64,000 nt of DNA. Origin: Candidatus Levyibacteriota bacterium (GTDB taxonomy: Bacteria; Patescibacteriota; Microgenomatia; Levybacterales; UBA12049). The stretch is from contig JACPLG010000007.1 in assembly GCA_016186625.1 (NCBI GenBank), forward strand, positions 10,426 through 74,425. Reading direction: 5' to 3'. Position 1 is the stretch's first letter. Each line of letters opens with the position of its first letter. Both the position numbers and the translations under genes were made by a program. Of the stretch, positions 44,887 through 53,783 are shown one piece after another. The notes beneath the pieces are model-generated. The model did not search any database. It saw only the letters and a program-made list of their open reading frames with translations, and was not told the origin of the DNA.

Positions 44887-47211
44887 ATGCTGACCATATT
44901 AATACTTGGTCTTCTTGTTGCTGGTACAATCGCATTTGGATATTTGGCGTTTCTCAAATATAAATTTAGAAACAAGGAAAAAGAGTCGCTTGATTCAACT
45001 CTTATTCAGGTAGCACTGCCCCGCGATAATGAAATAAAAGTTGATGCTTCGGAACAGCTTTTCTCAAGCTTTGCCTCACTTCATAAGAGTGGAACAATTC
45101 CTTTTCTTATAACTCAACCAAGTATTTCTTTTGAAATAGTAGGAATGCCTGGAGACATCCGCTTTTTTGTTTCAACCCCCAATAAATATAAAGATTTTGT
45201 CGAAAAACAGATCCATGGAGCATACCCGGACGCAGAAATAAGAGAGGTTGATGAAAAAACACCCCTTAAAGAAGGGTATGTGGTGGGAAATGACTACAAT
45301 ATTTTCGCAGAAAATGCAAAAGTAGCATTTGCGCAACTCGTTCTTAAAAAATCAAATTATGAGCCCATTAAAGTTTATAAAGACCTTCCCACAGATCCTC
45401 TCTCAACAATCACTTCAGTTCTTGCCAAGATGACTGAAGGAGAAGGAGCTGCAATTCAGGTGCTAATTTCCCCGGCTGACTCAAAATGGAAAAAGTTAGG
45501 AAGAGACTTCCTGGCAAAGACCAAAAAAGAGGAAGCAAACCCTGAAACAGCAAAATACTCGGCCGATCCAAAAGAGCTTGAGGGGATTGAAAATAAGATA
45601 GGAAAGCCTGGGTTTAGCACAGTTATTAGAGTAGTTGTTTCTTCATCAACTAAAGAATCAGCGGAAGCACATCTTAACAATATTGTCAATGTTTTCAGTC
45701 AGTTTTCGGGTCTTAATTCTTTCACAAAAAGCGCAGTAAGAAGACAAAAATCTTTTATGGACGATTTTATTTATCGTTATCCTAAAAGAATAGGTACTTC
45801 GTCAATTTTAACCTCGGAAGAACTTGCAACAATCTATCATTTTCCAAATAAATCTGTTGCAACACCTCACATTTTCTGGATTACTTCAAAAAGAGCTCCA
45901 GCTGCTGCACACGTTCCGACAACAGGTTTGTACCTTGGAAAAAGTTCGTATAGAGGTTTGTCTCGAGATGTGTTTATCGAGCGAGATGATAGAAGACGCC
46001 ATATGTACATAATCGGAAAAACAGGAACTGGAAAAACAGAATTTCTAAAACAAATGATTATGCAGGATATAAAAAACGGAGAAGGAGTAGGAGTAGTAGA
46101 TCCTCATGGAGATTTAATTGAAGATGTTTTGCAGCTGATTCCGCCTGAGAGAGCAGAAGATGTTATTCTTTTTGACCCATCAGACACAGCCCGCCCCATG
46201 GGGCTAAATATGCTTGAGGCTTCAACTGAGGAGGAAAGACACTATGTTGTCTCATCAATAGTTGGCCTTATGTACAAGCTTTATGATCCTAATAAAACCG
46301 GAATAATCGGCCCCAGATTTGAACACGCAATTAGAAACGCAATGTTAACGGTTATGAGTAAGCCGGGAAGTACATTTATTGAGGTTGTCCGCGTTTTAAC
46401 TGATGCTAATTTTGTTCAGGAACTTTTGCCTTACGTCCAGGATCCTATCGTTCGCCGTTACTGGACGGACCAAATTGCTCAAACTTCAGATTTTCATAAG
46501 TCCGAGGTTTTGGACTATATAGTTTCCAAGTTTGGCCGCTTTGTTACCAATAAAACCATGAGAAACATAATAGGCCAATCCGAATCTGCGTTTAATTTCC
46601 GGGATGTTATGGATAATCAGAAAATACTTCTTGTTAATCTTTCCAAGGGAAAAATCGGAGAAGAAAATTCAGGTTTCCTGGGATTAGTTTTAGTCCCCAA
46701 GATTTTAGTAGCTGCAATGAGCAGGCAGAGTGTTTCAATGGATCAGCGTAAAGACTTTTTTCTCTATGTTGATGAATTCCAGAATTTTGCAACTCCGGAT
46801 TTTGCTCAGATTTTGTCCGAAGCCAGAAAATATCGTCTGGATTTAATAGTTGCCAATCAATTTATAGGACAAATGGAAGAGGAGGTTAAAAACGCGATTT
46901 TTGGAAATGTTGGGACACTTGCTGCATTTCGCGTAGGGGTAACTGATGCAAATTACCTCCAGCATGAGTTCCAACCAACGTTTACGGAAGCAGATCTAAT
47001 CAATATTGACCGCTTCAACGCTTATATGAGAACCGTTGTAAACGGAGAGCCAATTCCTCCATTTTCACTTGATACGACAAAGGATATGGAGCGCGAAAAA
47101 GCAATGATGAATCCAAGAGTTTCAGAGTTAATTAAGGAATTATCCAGACTCAAATACGGAAAAGATGTTGGTGTGATTGAGCAGGTAATAGCCCAGAGAG
47201 CATTACTTTAG
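44887..47211 (+). CDS. T4SS-type ATPase of the FtsK/HerA superfamily (VirB4/TraC-like, possibly VirD4-like) with N-terminal TM
   Basis: Walker A IIGKTGTGKTEF, Walker B FFLYVDEFQNF, ARKYRLDLIVANQ. Confidence 0.6.
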   Translation: MLTILILGLLVAGTIAFGYLAFLKYKFRNKEKESLDSTLIQVALPRDNEIKVDASEQLFSSFASLHKSGTIPFLITQPSISFEIVGMPGDIRFFVSTPNKYKDFVEKQIHGAYPDAEIREVDEKTPLKEGYVVGNDYNIFAENAKVAFAQLVLKKSNYEPIKVYKDLPTDPLSTITSVLAKMTEGEGAAIQVLISPADSKWKKLGRDFLAKTKKEEANPETAKYSADPKELEGIENKIGKPGFSTVIRVVVSSSTKESAEAHLNNIVNVFSQFSGLNSFTKSAVRRQKSFMDDFIYRYPKRIGTSSILTSEELATIYHFPNKSVATPHIFWITSKRAPAAAHVPTTGLYLGKSSYRGLSRDVFIERDDRRRHMYIIGKTGTGKTEFLKQMIMQDIKNGEGVGVVDPHGDLIEDVLQLIPPERAEDVILFDPSDTARPMGLNMLEASTEEERHYVVSSIVGLMYKLYDPNKTGIIGPRFEHAIRNAMLTVMSKPGSTFIEVVRVLTDANFVQELLPYVQDPIVRRYWTDQIAQTSDFHKSEVLDYIVSKFGRFVTNKTMRNIIGQSESAFNFRDVMDNQKILLVNLSKGKIGEENSGFLGLVLVPKILVAAMSRQSVSMDQRKDFFLYVDEFQNFATPDFAQILSEARKYRLDLIVANQFIGQMEEEVKNAIFGNVGTLAAFRVGVTDANYLQHEFQPTFTEADLINIDRFNAYMRTVVNGEPIPPFSLDTTKDMEREKAMMNPRVSELIKELSRLKYGKDVGVIEQVIAQRALL

Positions 47212-47270
47212 CGTTTAGCTACTAGCGTTTAGTTTTTCTTGGTGTGCTGAAAGCACTGAGCTTGTCGAAG

Positions 47271-47342
47271 TGCTCCCGCTTGGATTCGAACCAAGGACAT
47301 CTACTTTATAAGAGTAGCGCTCTACCACTGAGCTACAGGAGC
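47271..47342 (-). tRNA. tRNA-Ile(UAU)
   Basis: Cloverleaf. Acceptor gctcctg/cgggagc, anticodon stem ctact/agtag, loop cuUAUaa, T-arm cttgg-ttcgaat-ccaag. Confidence 0.8.
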
Positions 47343-47396
47343 AAGTGGAGAATATTATAAACTCTTTTATGGACAAATTCTACTTGAGAGCAGCGA

Positions 47397-48257
47397 TTAT
47401 AGCTCTGAGAGGACTTGGGATTCGGGGGCGCGCTGGGGAACATACTGAAGATATCGCTCGGTTGTTGAAAGTCTTTTGTGACCAAGCATTTTTGAAAGAA
47501 GAACAATTGAAGCGCCGTGTTTGAGATGGTGGGCAACAAAAGTATGTCTTAGGTCATTTACTTTGGCATTTTTGATCTCGGCAAGCCTGAAATACCTCTC
47601 AACTGATGTCCTTATGTTTCTGATCAAAAACGGCCTTCCAGATTTTGTGACAAATAAATGGTCTTCCGTAACTTTTGGACGCACATCCAAATACCTTTTT
47701 AAGGCTTCCTGAGCTCTTTTGTTAAGGGGAACCACTCTTTCTTCATGTTTTTCTAACGCCGGAATGTGTATTTGGTCTTTTCGAATATCTGAGAGCTTAA
47801 GAGCAGTGAGCTCTCCTATTCTAATACCGGTTTGGAGCAAAAGTTCAATTATTGCACTCATCCGAGCATCATTTCTGGCTGCATCTCGCAAAGCCCTATA
47901 TTCCGTAGGAGTTAAAATTCTAGGAGGCGCAAGCTCATATTTTGGGTGAGCTACCAAAAGTGAAGGATCATCTGTTATGTATTCATTTATCTTTAAAAAC
48001 CTATAAAAAGTGCGAGTTGAATTAATTTTCCGCGAGATTGACTTAGGAGTGTAACCGTCTTTGTTCATCTTAGCTAAGAATGCTTCAAGATCCTCTTTTG
48101 TTATATCGCGGACATGATGTTTTTGAAGGTCGTTTAAAAAGTCCACAAGCTGCTCTATATCTTTACCGTATGCTACAATAGTTGAGGTTGAGTGACCTTT
48201 TTCTTTAAGAAAATTTTTAAATCCTAAGCTGGCATCAGCAAGTTTTATTTGATTCAT
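47397..48257 (-). CDS. tyrosine site-specific recombinase (XerC/XerD-like)
   Basis: C-terminal RHTFVAHHL...LGH...TTERYL catalytic motifs. 286 aa. Confidence 0.85.
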   Translation of the reverse strand: MNQIKLADASLGFKNFLKEKGHSTSTIVAYGKDIEQLVDFLNDLQKHHVRDITKEDLEAFLAKMNKDGYTPKSISRKINSTRTFYRFLKINEYITDDPSLLVAHPKYELAPPRILTPTEYRALRDAARNDARMSAIIELLLQTGIRIGELTALKLSDIRKDQIHIPALEKHEERVVPLNKRAQEALKRYLDVRPKVTEDHLFVTKSGRPFLIRNIRTSVERYFRLAEIKNAKVNDLRHTFVAHHLKHGASIVLLSKMLGHKRLSTTERYLQYVPQRAPESQVLSEL

Positions 48258-48297
48258 GATGGCCTATAATATCATAGGAACGGACTAGTAGTCAACT

Positions 48298-48636
48298 ATG
48301 AAAAAAATACTTTTTTTTGTTGGAATTGCAGTTGGTATAGTTATAATCAACGGATTGGTACGCTCAATCTACGATTTATGGAAAAAACAAGATTTGGTAG
48401 TATCAGCCAAAAGGGAACTTGAAAAAGAGAAAAAAGAAAATGAGAAGCTAAAGCGTCAGCTAGTTTTGGTAGGAACAGAGGAATTTATTGAAAGTGAAGC
48501 AAGAAACAAGCTTTTTATGGTAAAGCCCGGAGAAGAAGGCGTAATTGTGCCTCAGGATCTAATTAAAAAGAAAGAAAAAAAGGAAGTTGCAAAACTCCCA
48601 AACTGGCAGCAGTGGGTTAATTTGTTCGGATTTTGA
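48298..48636 (+). CDS. septum formation initiator (FtsB/DivIC-like)
   Basis: N-terminal TM, coiled coil, and a C-terminal EARNKLFMVKPGEEGVIV motif. Confidence 0.55.
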   Translation: MKKILFFVGIAVGIVIINGLVRSIYDLWKKQDLVVSAKRELEKEKKENEKLKRQLVLVGTEEFIESEARNKLFMVKPGEEGVIVPQDLIKKKEKKEVAKLPNWQQWVNLFGF

Positions 48637-48638
48637 TT

Positions 48639-49547
48639 TCAAGGAAAAATTATGCAGCTTTTACCCTCTTTTTTGTAAGAGAACGGAGATCTTTTCCCGT
48701 TTAGGGTATATACGTCAAAGTCAAAGAGTCTGCCTAATCTTCTCGAAAGAGGGGAATCGGTCCCTTTTTCTTTTCGTGAATTCCTGTTTGCTTGCTCAAG
48801 AGCCTCATAGTTAAATCCAGGCCGATGCATTAATGTCCATTTTATGCCTTCGTACAGGAAATAGATAGCTTCAAACTTTGACTTTAACCCAGTTAGCTTA
48901 TTTACAAGCTTTGCCGTATGGTTATGTTCGTGGACGAATGGTCTTTCTTCGCCAGTCTCGGCATATTGTCTTTCTGCAATAGGAACCTGTTTCCACGGCT
49001 TTGGATTGCCGTCTTTGTCGACATCAAGTACCTTTCTTACTTTGTATCTTCTGTTAATTCTATGAATGTCTTTTTCTCTTAGAATGTCTTCGACAGATTT
49101 ATATTGTGGTTTTAGACCAAGACCTTTGTAAATTAGAGGGATAGTTCCAAATCTTCTTCCAAGAATAGAAATGAGTGAATGGTGCTTTGAAAAAGCGACA
49201 TCTAAAAGATTCGTCCAACCATGTTGTTTTGCTTCCTCAACAAATGTTTTAACTTCTCCTCCTGTACTCCAGGCGTCTTGCCTTAGAACAATGTCCTCAT
49301 GGGGAATATGGTAATGTTCTTCAAGCTCTTTAGCTATAAGTTCTCCTTCGCTAGGCTCCGTAGGTCCCCATAAGCGGTCAAGATTAACAAAAACTGTTTT
49401 GGTTTCTCTTTGATTTAATTCTACTGCAGCGGCTCTGGTAGACAAGCGGCTTCTTAAACCAAGACCGGTTCTGTGTTCACTCATCCAGTAACCATGAGCT
49501 AAAAGCGCATCATACCTCGGGCGGCTTTGTGGTGCTTCTATTGGCAT
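48639..49547 (-). CDS. hypothetical protein (weak DUF218/YdcF-like resemblance)
   Basis: 302 aa with no secure motif. Confidence 0.3.
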   Translation of the reverse strand: MPIEAPQSRPRYDALLAHGYWMSEHRTGLGLRSRLSTRAAAVELNQRETKTVFVNLDRLWGPTEPSEGELIAKELEEHYHIPHEDIVLRQDAWSTGGEVKTFVEEAKQHGWTNLLDVAFSKHHSLISILGRRFGTIPLIYKGLGLKPQYKSVEDILREKDIHRINRRYKVRKVLDVDKDGNPKPWKQVPIAERQYAETGEERPFVHEHNHTAKLVNKLTGLKSKFEAIYFLYEGIKWTLMHRPGFNYEALEQANRNSRKEKGTDSPLSRRLGRLFDFDVYTLNGKRSPFSYKKEGKSCIIFP

Positions 49548-49608
49548 ATTGGGGGGAATTATAGTACGAGGAAACTATTAAATCAAATTTGTTACGGGGA
49601 TTGGGAAA

Positions 49609-49887
49609 TTATTTACTTTTAAAATATTCCTTTAACATCATTCGAAGCGTTGCTTTTCCCTTTGTAGTTTTAAAATATTCTTCTCTTCTTTTTGCGTCTT
49701 TTTCATTCCCGTATGCTTCATAAAATATTAATTCGAATGGTGCGTAGGCTTTCGTGGAAAGTTCCTCTTTATTGTTGTGTTCAACGAATCGTTTCCTGAG
49801 ATTGGCAGTGATACCTACATAAATAAAGTCTCTATTTATGCTTTTGAGGACGTAGACATAGAAGAATTTCATTTCTGTGAGACGCAC
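49609..49887 (-). CDS. GIY-YIG nuclease family protein (small stand-alone type)
   Basis: FYVYVLKSINRDFIYVGITANLRKRFVEHN. Confidence 0.8.
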   Translation of the reverse strand: MRLTEMKFFYVYVLKSINRDFIYVGITANLRKRFVEHNNKEELSTKAYAPFELIFYEAYGNEKDAKRREEYFKTTKGKATLRMMLKEYFKSK

Positions 49888-50215
49888 CAGTCGTGAAACT
49901 CCGGTGCATCTCTTGTGTTGAGACGTACTAGTCGCATTCGCTCCAGTACATCCCTACGAGACATACCATTCGGTATATCTCTAACGCTCACCACTCATTT
50001 TAATACCACCCATTAAGTGTTTGTTGCAAGAGTGATTTATCACTCGCAGCAGTGAACCCGAATGTTAATGAGTGGTTCGCTGTTGCGGGGCTAGGAGTTG
50101 CGCCTAGCCTGTGAGATTATGAGCCTCACGTGCACTGTACACTACCCCGCGCGTGAGCGCATTATACCAGTTTGCCTTGAGGCTGGTCAACCTGATATAC
50201 TTAAGTGTTGTGCAT
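49888..50215 (+). other. GC-rich, highly paired noncoding region of unknown identity
   Basis: Several stem-loops (gagacgcacc...ggtgcatctc; ggctagg-agttgcg-cctagcc; gtgag-attatgagc-ctcac) and a long-range caccactcatt/aatgagtgg pairing. GC content well above the local average. Strand is not determined. Confidence 0.3.
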
Positions 50216-50287
50216 GTCAGGGTAGCTCAACGGTGGAGCGGAGTCTTCATAAGGCTATGGTTGAGGGTTCGAATCCCTCCCCTGACA
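50216..50287 (+). tRNA. tRNA-Met(CAU) (elongator-type or lysidine Ile2 candidate)
   Basis: Acceptor gtcaggg/ccctgac, anticodon loop uuCAUaa, T-arm gaggg-ttcgaat-ccctc. Lacks the initiator-type anticodon stem. Confidence 0.85.
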
Positions 50288-50330
50288 CAAGGCGCAGGGC
50301 CACCACAACTTCTGATATAATTCCCCCAAT

Positions 50331-51674
50331 ATGAATAGTCCTCAAACAAACTTTAAAGGTAAAAAAATTGCCGTAATTGGAGAGGGACTTGAGGGTAAAA
50401 GTTCGGCATCTTATCTCAGAAAACAGGGAGCTGAGGTCACTATTCTAGATATAAAACAAGGCAAGGATTACCTCAAAGACCTTGATAAGTATGATTTAAT
50501 AGTCAGAAGCCCTGGTATTAAGTTATCCAAGATTGAGAAACTCGTTCCCAAGGATAAAATTACGTCCCAAGCAAAACTTTTTTTTGATCTTGCCAAAGGC
50601 GCAATTATTGGAGTTACAGGCACAAAAGGAAAGGGGACAACAGCATCGCTTATTTATGAAATGTTAAAAACTTCGGGCAAAGACGCATATTTAGGAGGGA
50701 ATATTGGCGTCCCCCCTTTTGAATTTCTTGATAAGTTAAACAAAGAGTCATGGGTAGTTTTGGAAATAAGCTCATTTCAGCTTCAGGATTTGAAGAAAAG
50801 CCCGCATATTGCAGTGGTTCTTATGATAACGAGCGAGCATTTGGATGATTGGGGTGATCGTAATCGTCATGAATCACTTGGTGAGTATATTGATTCCAAG
50901 AGAAATATTCTGCGTTATCAAACGTCTTCGGATTTTGCGGTTATTAACCGTGATTATCCTGCCAGCAACGAATCGGATATTTACGCAGAGAGTAAAGTTT
51001 ATTTTGTAAGTCGTGATAGGGAAGTGGAGGAAGGATGTTTTGCGCTTGGGAATCAAGTGATTTTAAGAGCCAATGGGAAAGAGATTCCTATAATTGATAC
51101 CCGGGAATTACTTTTGAGAGGTAATCATAACCATGAAAATGTTTGTGCTGCTGTAATGGCTGCATATCTGGCAGGAGTTAGAATCGATTCGATTAAAAAA
51201 GTTCTAAAGACATTTAAAGGTCTTGAGCATCGGCTTGAATTGGTAGATAAAATTGATGGAGTTGAGTATTATAATGATTCATTTTCAACAACCCCTGAAA
51301 CAGCAATTGCTGCCATCAAATCTTTCAAAAATCCCGAGATTTTAATGCTTGGAGGATCATCTAAGAACAGCGATTTTTCGGAGCTCGGAAAAGTAATAAG
51401 TAATGCAGAAAATATAAAGGCAATTATTCAGATTGGAGAAGAATGGCCAAGGATTAAAGAGAGAATTAAGAATAATGAATCAAGAATTATGATTATCGAG
51501 GGAGCGAGGGACATGAGGACGATTGTTGCAGCGGCTTCGAAAATAGCTGCTCCGGGGGATGTAGTATTGCTATCTCCTGCCTGTGCCAGCTTTGATATGT
51601 TTAAAAATTACAAAGACCGCGGACAGCAGTTTAAGAACGAGGTTCTTAAACTGAAATCCGAAATCCGAAATTAG
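50331..51674 (+). CDS. murD: UDP-N-acetylmuramoylalanine--D-glutamate ligase
   Basis: N-terminal Rossmann segment VIGEGLEGKSS plus the Mur ligase P-loop GVTGTKGKGTT. Confidence 0.8.
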   Translation: MNSPQTNFKGKKIAVIGEGLEGKSSASYLRKQGAEVTILDIKQGKDYLKDLDKYDLIVRSPGIKLSKIEKLVPKDKITSQAKLFFDLAKGAIIGVTGTKGKGTTASLIYEMLKTSGKDAYLGGNIGVPPFEFLDKLNKESWVVLEISSFQLQDLKKSPHIAVVLMITSEHLDDWGDRNRHESLGEYIDSKRNILRYQTSSDFAVINRDYPASNESDIYAESKVYFVSRDREVEEGCFALGNQVILRANGKEIPIIDTRELLLRGNHNHENVCAAVMAAYLAGVRIDSIKKVLKTFKGLEHRLELVDKIDGVEYYNDSFSTTPETAIAAIKSFKNPEILMLGGSSKNSDFSELGKVISNAENIKAIIQIGEEWPRIKERIKNNESRIMIIEGARDMRTIVAAASKIAAPGDVVLLSPACASFDMFKNYKDRGQQFKNEVLKLKSEIRN

Positions 51675-51776
51675 AAATCCGAAACAAATCCTAATTTTCT
51701 AAATTCAAATGCCCAGAAGTTTTGTATTTTTGTCATTTGAAATTGTTTCGAGATTCGATATTCGTGCTTCGAATTT

Positions 51777-53087
51777 ATGAATAAACCAACCTTCAAAATC
51801 ATTTCTAAAGATGGAAAAGCGCGGGCCGGTGAGATCAAAACAGACCATGGCATCGTGCTGACTCCTGCTTTTTTGCCTGTAGGGACGAAGGCTACGGTAA
51901 AGAGTTTAACTCCGCAGCAATTAAAAGAGATTGGAATTGAGGCTGTTTTAGCAAACACATATCATCTGCATCTCCAGCCGGGAGAAGATACGATTGGAAA
52001 GCTTGGCGGATTGCATAAGTTTATGAATTGGAATAAACCTCTTATGACTGATTCCGGAGGATTTCAGGTTTTTTCTTTGGGGGTTGGGCTTGAAAAACCG
52101 GGAGTAAAATTCCTAAAAGATTTAGACTATGGAAGATTGAAGATAGAAAATAGAACTTTGAAGGTAGAAGATAGAAGATCGAACCATCATCCATCCTCCA
52201 TCATCAATAATCTATCATCCACCGTCAATCCTCTATCGTCAAATGAAGAGTCGCGCCCTCGTTTAAACAGAATTACAGAGGAGGGAGTGGAGTTTCAGTC
52301 TCATATTGATGGAAGCAAACACAAACTTACACCTGAACTATCTGTGGAAATCCAAGAGAAAATCGGTGCTGATCTCATCATAGCGTTTGATGATTTAGAG
52401 TCTCCGACATATTCTTTCGAACAAACAAAAAAAAGCTTGGAACTAACCAATCGCTGGGAACTCAGAAGTCTAAAAACCCATTTAGCCTTCCAAGGCGTCG
52501 CCTTGGAGCCTCAAAGGCAGCTTTTGTATGGGGTCACCCACGGAGGGCAGTTTGAAAGCTTGCGGAGAGAATCGGCGAGATTTGTTGACAAACATTTTGA
52601 TGCTGTAGCTTTGGGTGGAGCCCATCGCAACAAATCGAACATGTATCAGGTGATTGAATGGACCGTTGAAGAGCTCGATGAAGAAAAACCTAGACATATG
52701 TTGGGAATTGGAGAAGTGGATGATATTTTTGAGGTGATTGAGCGAGGAGTTGATACATTTGACTGCGTAATTCCAACTCGGCTTGGACGAATGGGCCACG
52801 TTTTCATCTATCCTCCAGAAGGAAATATTAAGAATCGGTTCAGATACGATATAACCAAGTCCAAATATGCAAAAGACCAGCGACCAATAGCCAAAGACTG
52901 CGACTGCTACGTTTGTCAAAATTTCACCCAAGCCTATATAAACCATCTATTTCGAAGCCGCGAACTCTTAGCTTACACTCTTGCCACCTACCACAACGTT
53001 TATTTTATTAATGATTTAACCAACAAAATTCGCCAGGCTATTTTAAATAAGAAGTTTATTGAATTAAAGAAAAAATGGTTACTGTAG
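51777..53087 (+). CDS. tgt: queuine tRNA-ribosyltransferase with a repeat-derived internal insertion
   Basis: LTPAFLPVGTKATVK, MTDSGGFQVFSLG, and Zn-site CxCxxC...H motifs. An approximately 55-aa insertion at 52085..52265 is built of gaagatagaa-type repeat words. Confidence 0.85.
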   Translation: MNKPTFKIISKDGKARAGEIKTDHGIVLTPAFLPVGTKATVKSLTPQQLKEIGIEAVLANTYHLHLQPGEDTIGKLGGLHKFMNWNKPLMTDSGGFQVFSLGVGLEKPGVKFLKDLDYGRLKIENRTLKVEDRRSNHHPSSIINNLSSTVNPLSSNEESRPRLNRITEEGVEFQSHIDGSKHKLTPELSVEIQEKIGADLIIAFDDLESPTYSFEQTKKSLELTNRWELRSLKTHLAFQGVALEPQRQLLYGVTHGGQFESLRRESARFVDKHFDAVALGGAHRNKSNMYQVIEWTVEELDEEKPRHMLGIGEVDDIFEVIERGVDTFDCVIPTRLGRMGHVFIYPPEGNIKNRFRYDITKSKYAKDQRPIAKDCDCYVCQNFTQAYINHLFRSRELLAYTLATYHNVYFINDLTNKIRQAILNKKFIELKKKWLL

Positions 53088-53645
53088 TTTTGCTTTTGAA
53101 GAGTCAGCCTGGACAGATCCGGGAGGAATTTCTTCGTTTTTAGCCACTTCATCAACTACCCTTTGTGCAGAACTGAGTATGATTTTTCTTAGCGCCTCAT
53201 TATCTCCGGCTCCTTTTATCATCTCGTCAAACTTCATAAAAGTAGCTGTAAGAGGAGTTTTTGAACCTTCAGGTGGTGTCAATTGCTCTGTAACTGATCC
53301 AGACAGAGAGCTAAGATTTGGCTCGGTTGCTGAAGGAGACGCAGGCTCTACTGTTTGAGCAGGAGATAACGTTGGATCCGATGAGGTTTGACCATCAAGA
53401 GAGGTTGTTGGGATCTCGGTCAGATCGTTAGAGGAAGGAGCTTCAGAGGGTTGAGTGGGCTCCGCAGGAGTTCCAGTAATGAGATTTGGTTCTACTCCTG
53501 GCTGTGGAGCATCAGGTATTGATGGAGGGACAATTCCTGGCTGCATGACTGGATTTTGAGCGGTTTCGGGAGATGGAGTAATTCCTGGAGGAGGCGGAAT
53601 AGCTCCTGTGATAGGCTGTGGCTCAAACGAAGTGGCAGTTGACAT
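53079..53645 (-). CDS. Pro/Thr/Ser-rich hypothetical protein
   Basis: Low-complexity N-terminal 130 aa with a helical C-terminus. Confidence 0.4.
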   Translation of the reverse strand: MSTATSFEPQPITGAIPPPPGITPSPETAQNPVMQPGIVPPSIPDAPQPGVEPNLITGTPAEPTQPSEAPSSNDLTEIPTTSLDGQTSSDPTLSPAQTVEPASPSATEPNLSSLSGSVTEQLTPPEGSKTPLTATFMKFDEMIKGAGDNEALRKIILSSAQRVVDEVAKNEEIPPGSVQADSSKAKLQ

Positions 53646-53783
53646 TCCACTAGATTAAGCCAAAAATTCTAAATTGTCAATATAGAAATGTTTGATTCAC
53701 CTTATGAATACTTGCTAATCACGTTACGTCTTGTGCCAACACATTAAGAATACCCAGAACTGGGTTAATGATATAATGATTTT

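Noticed and set aside
49888-50215. RNase P RNA (rnpB) hypothesis for the structured region
   Set aside because: CR-I-like (gaaactccgg) and CR-V-like (cagtgaacccgaatgtta) matches are only about 155 nt apart. The first sits in a local 10-bp hairpin. CR-II/III/IV are not found. The region is too short and wrongly arranged for RNase P.
50098-50334. 78-aa ORF
   Set aside because: Runs through the tRNA-Met(CAU) gene and the GC-rich structured region. No coding signal.
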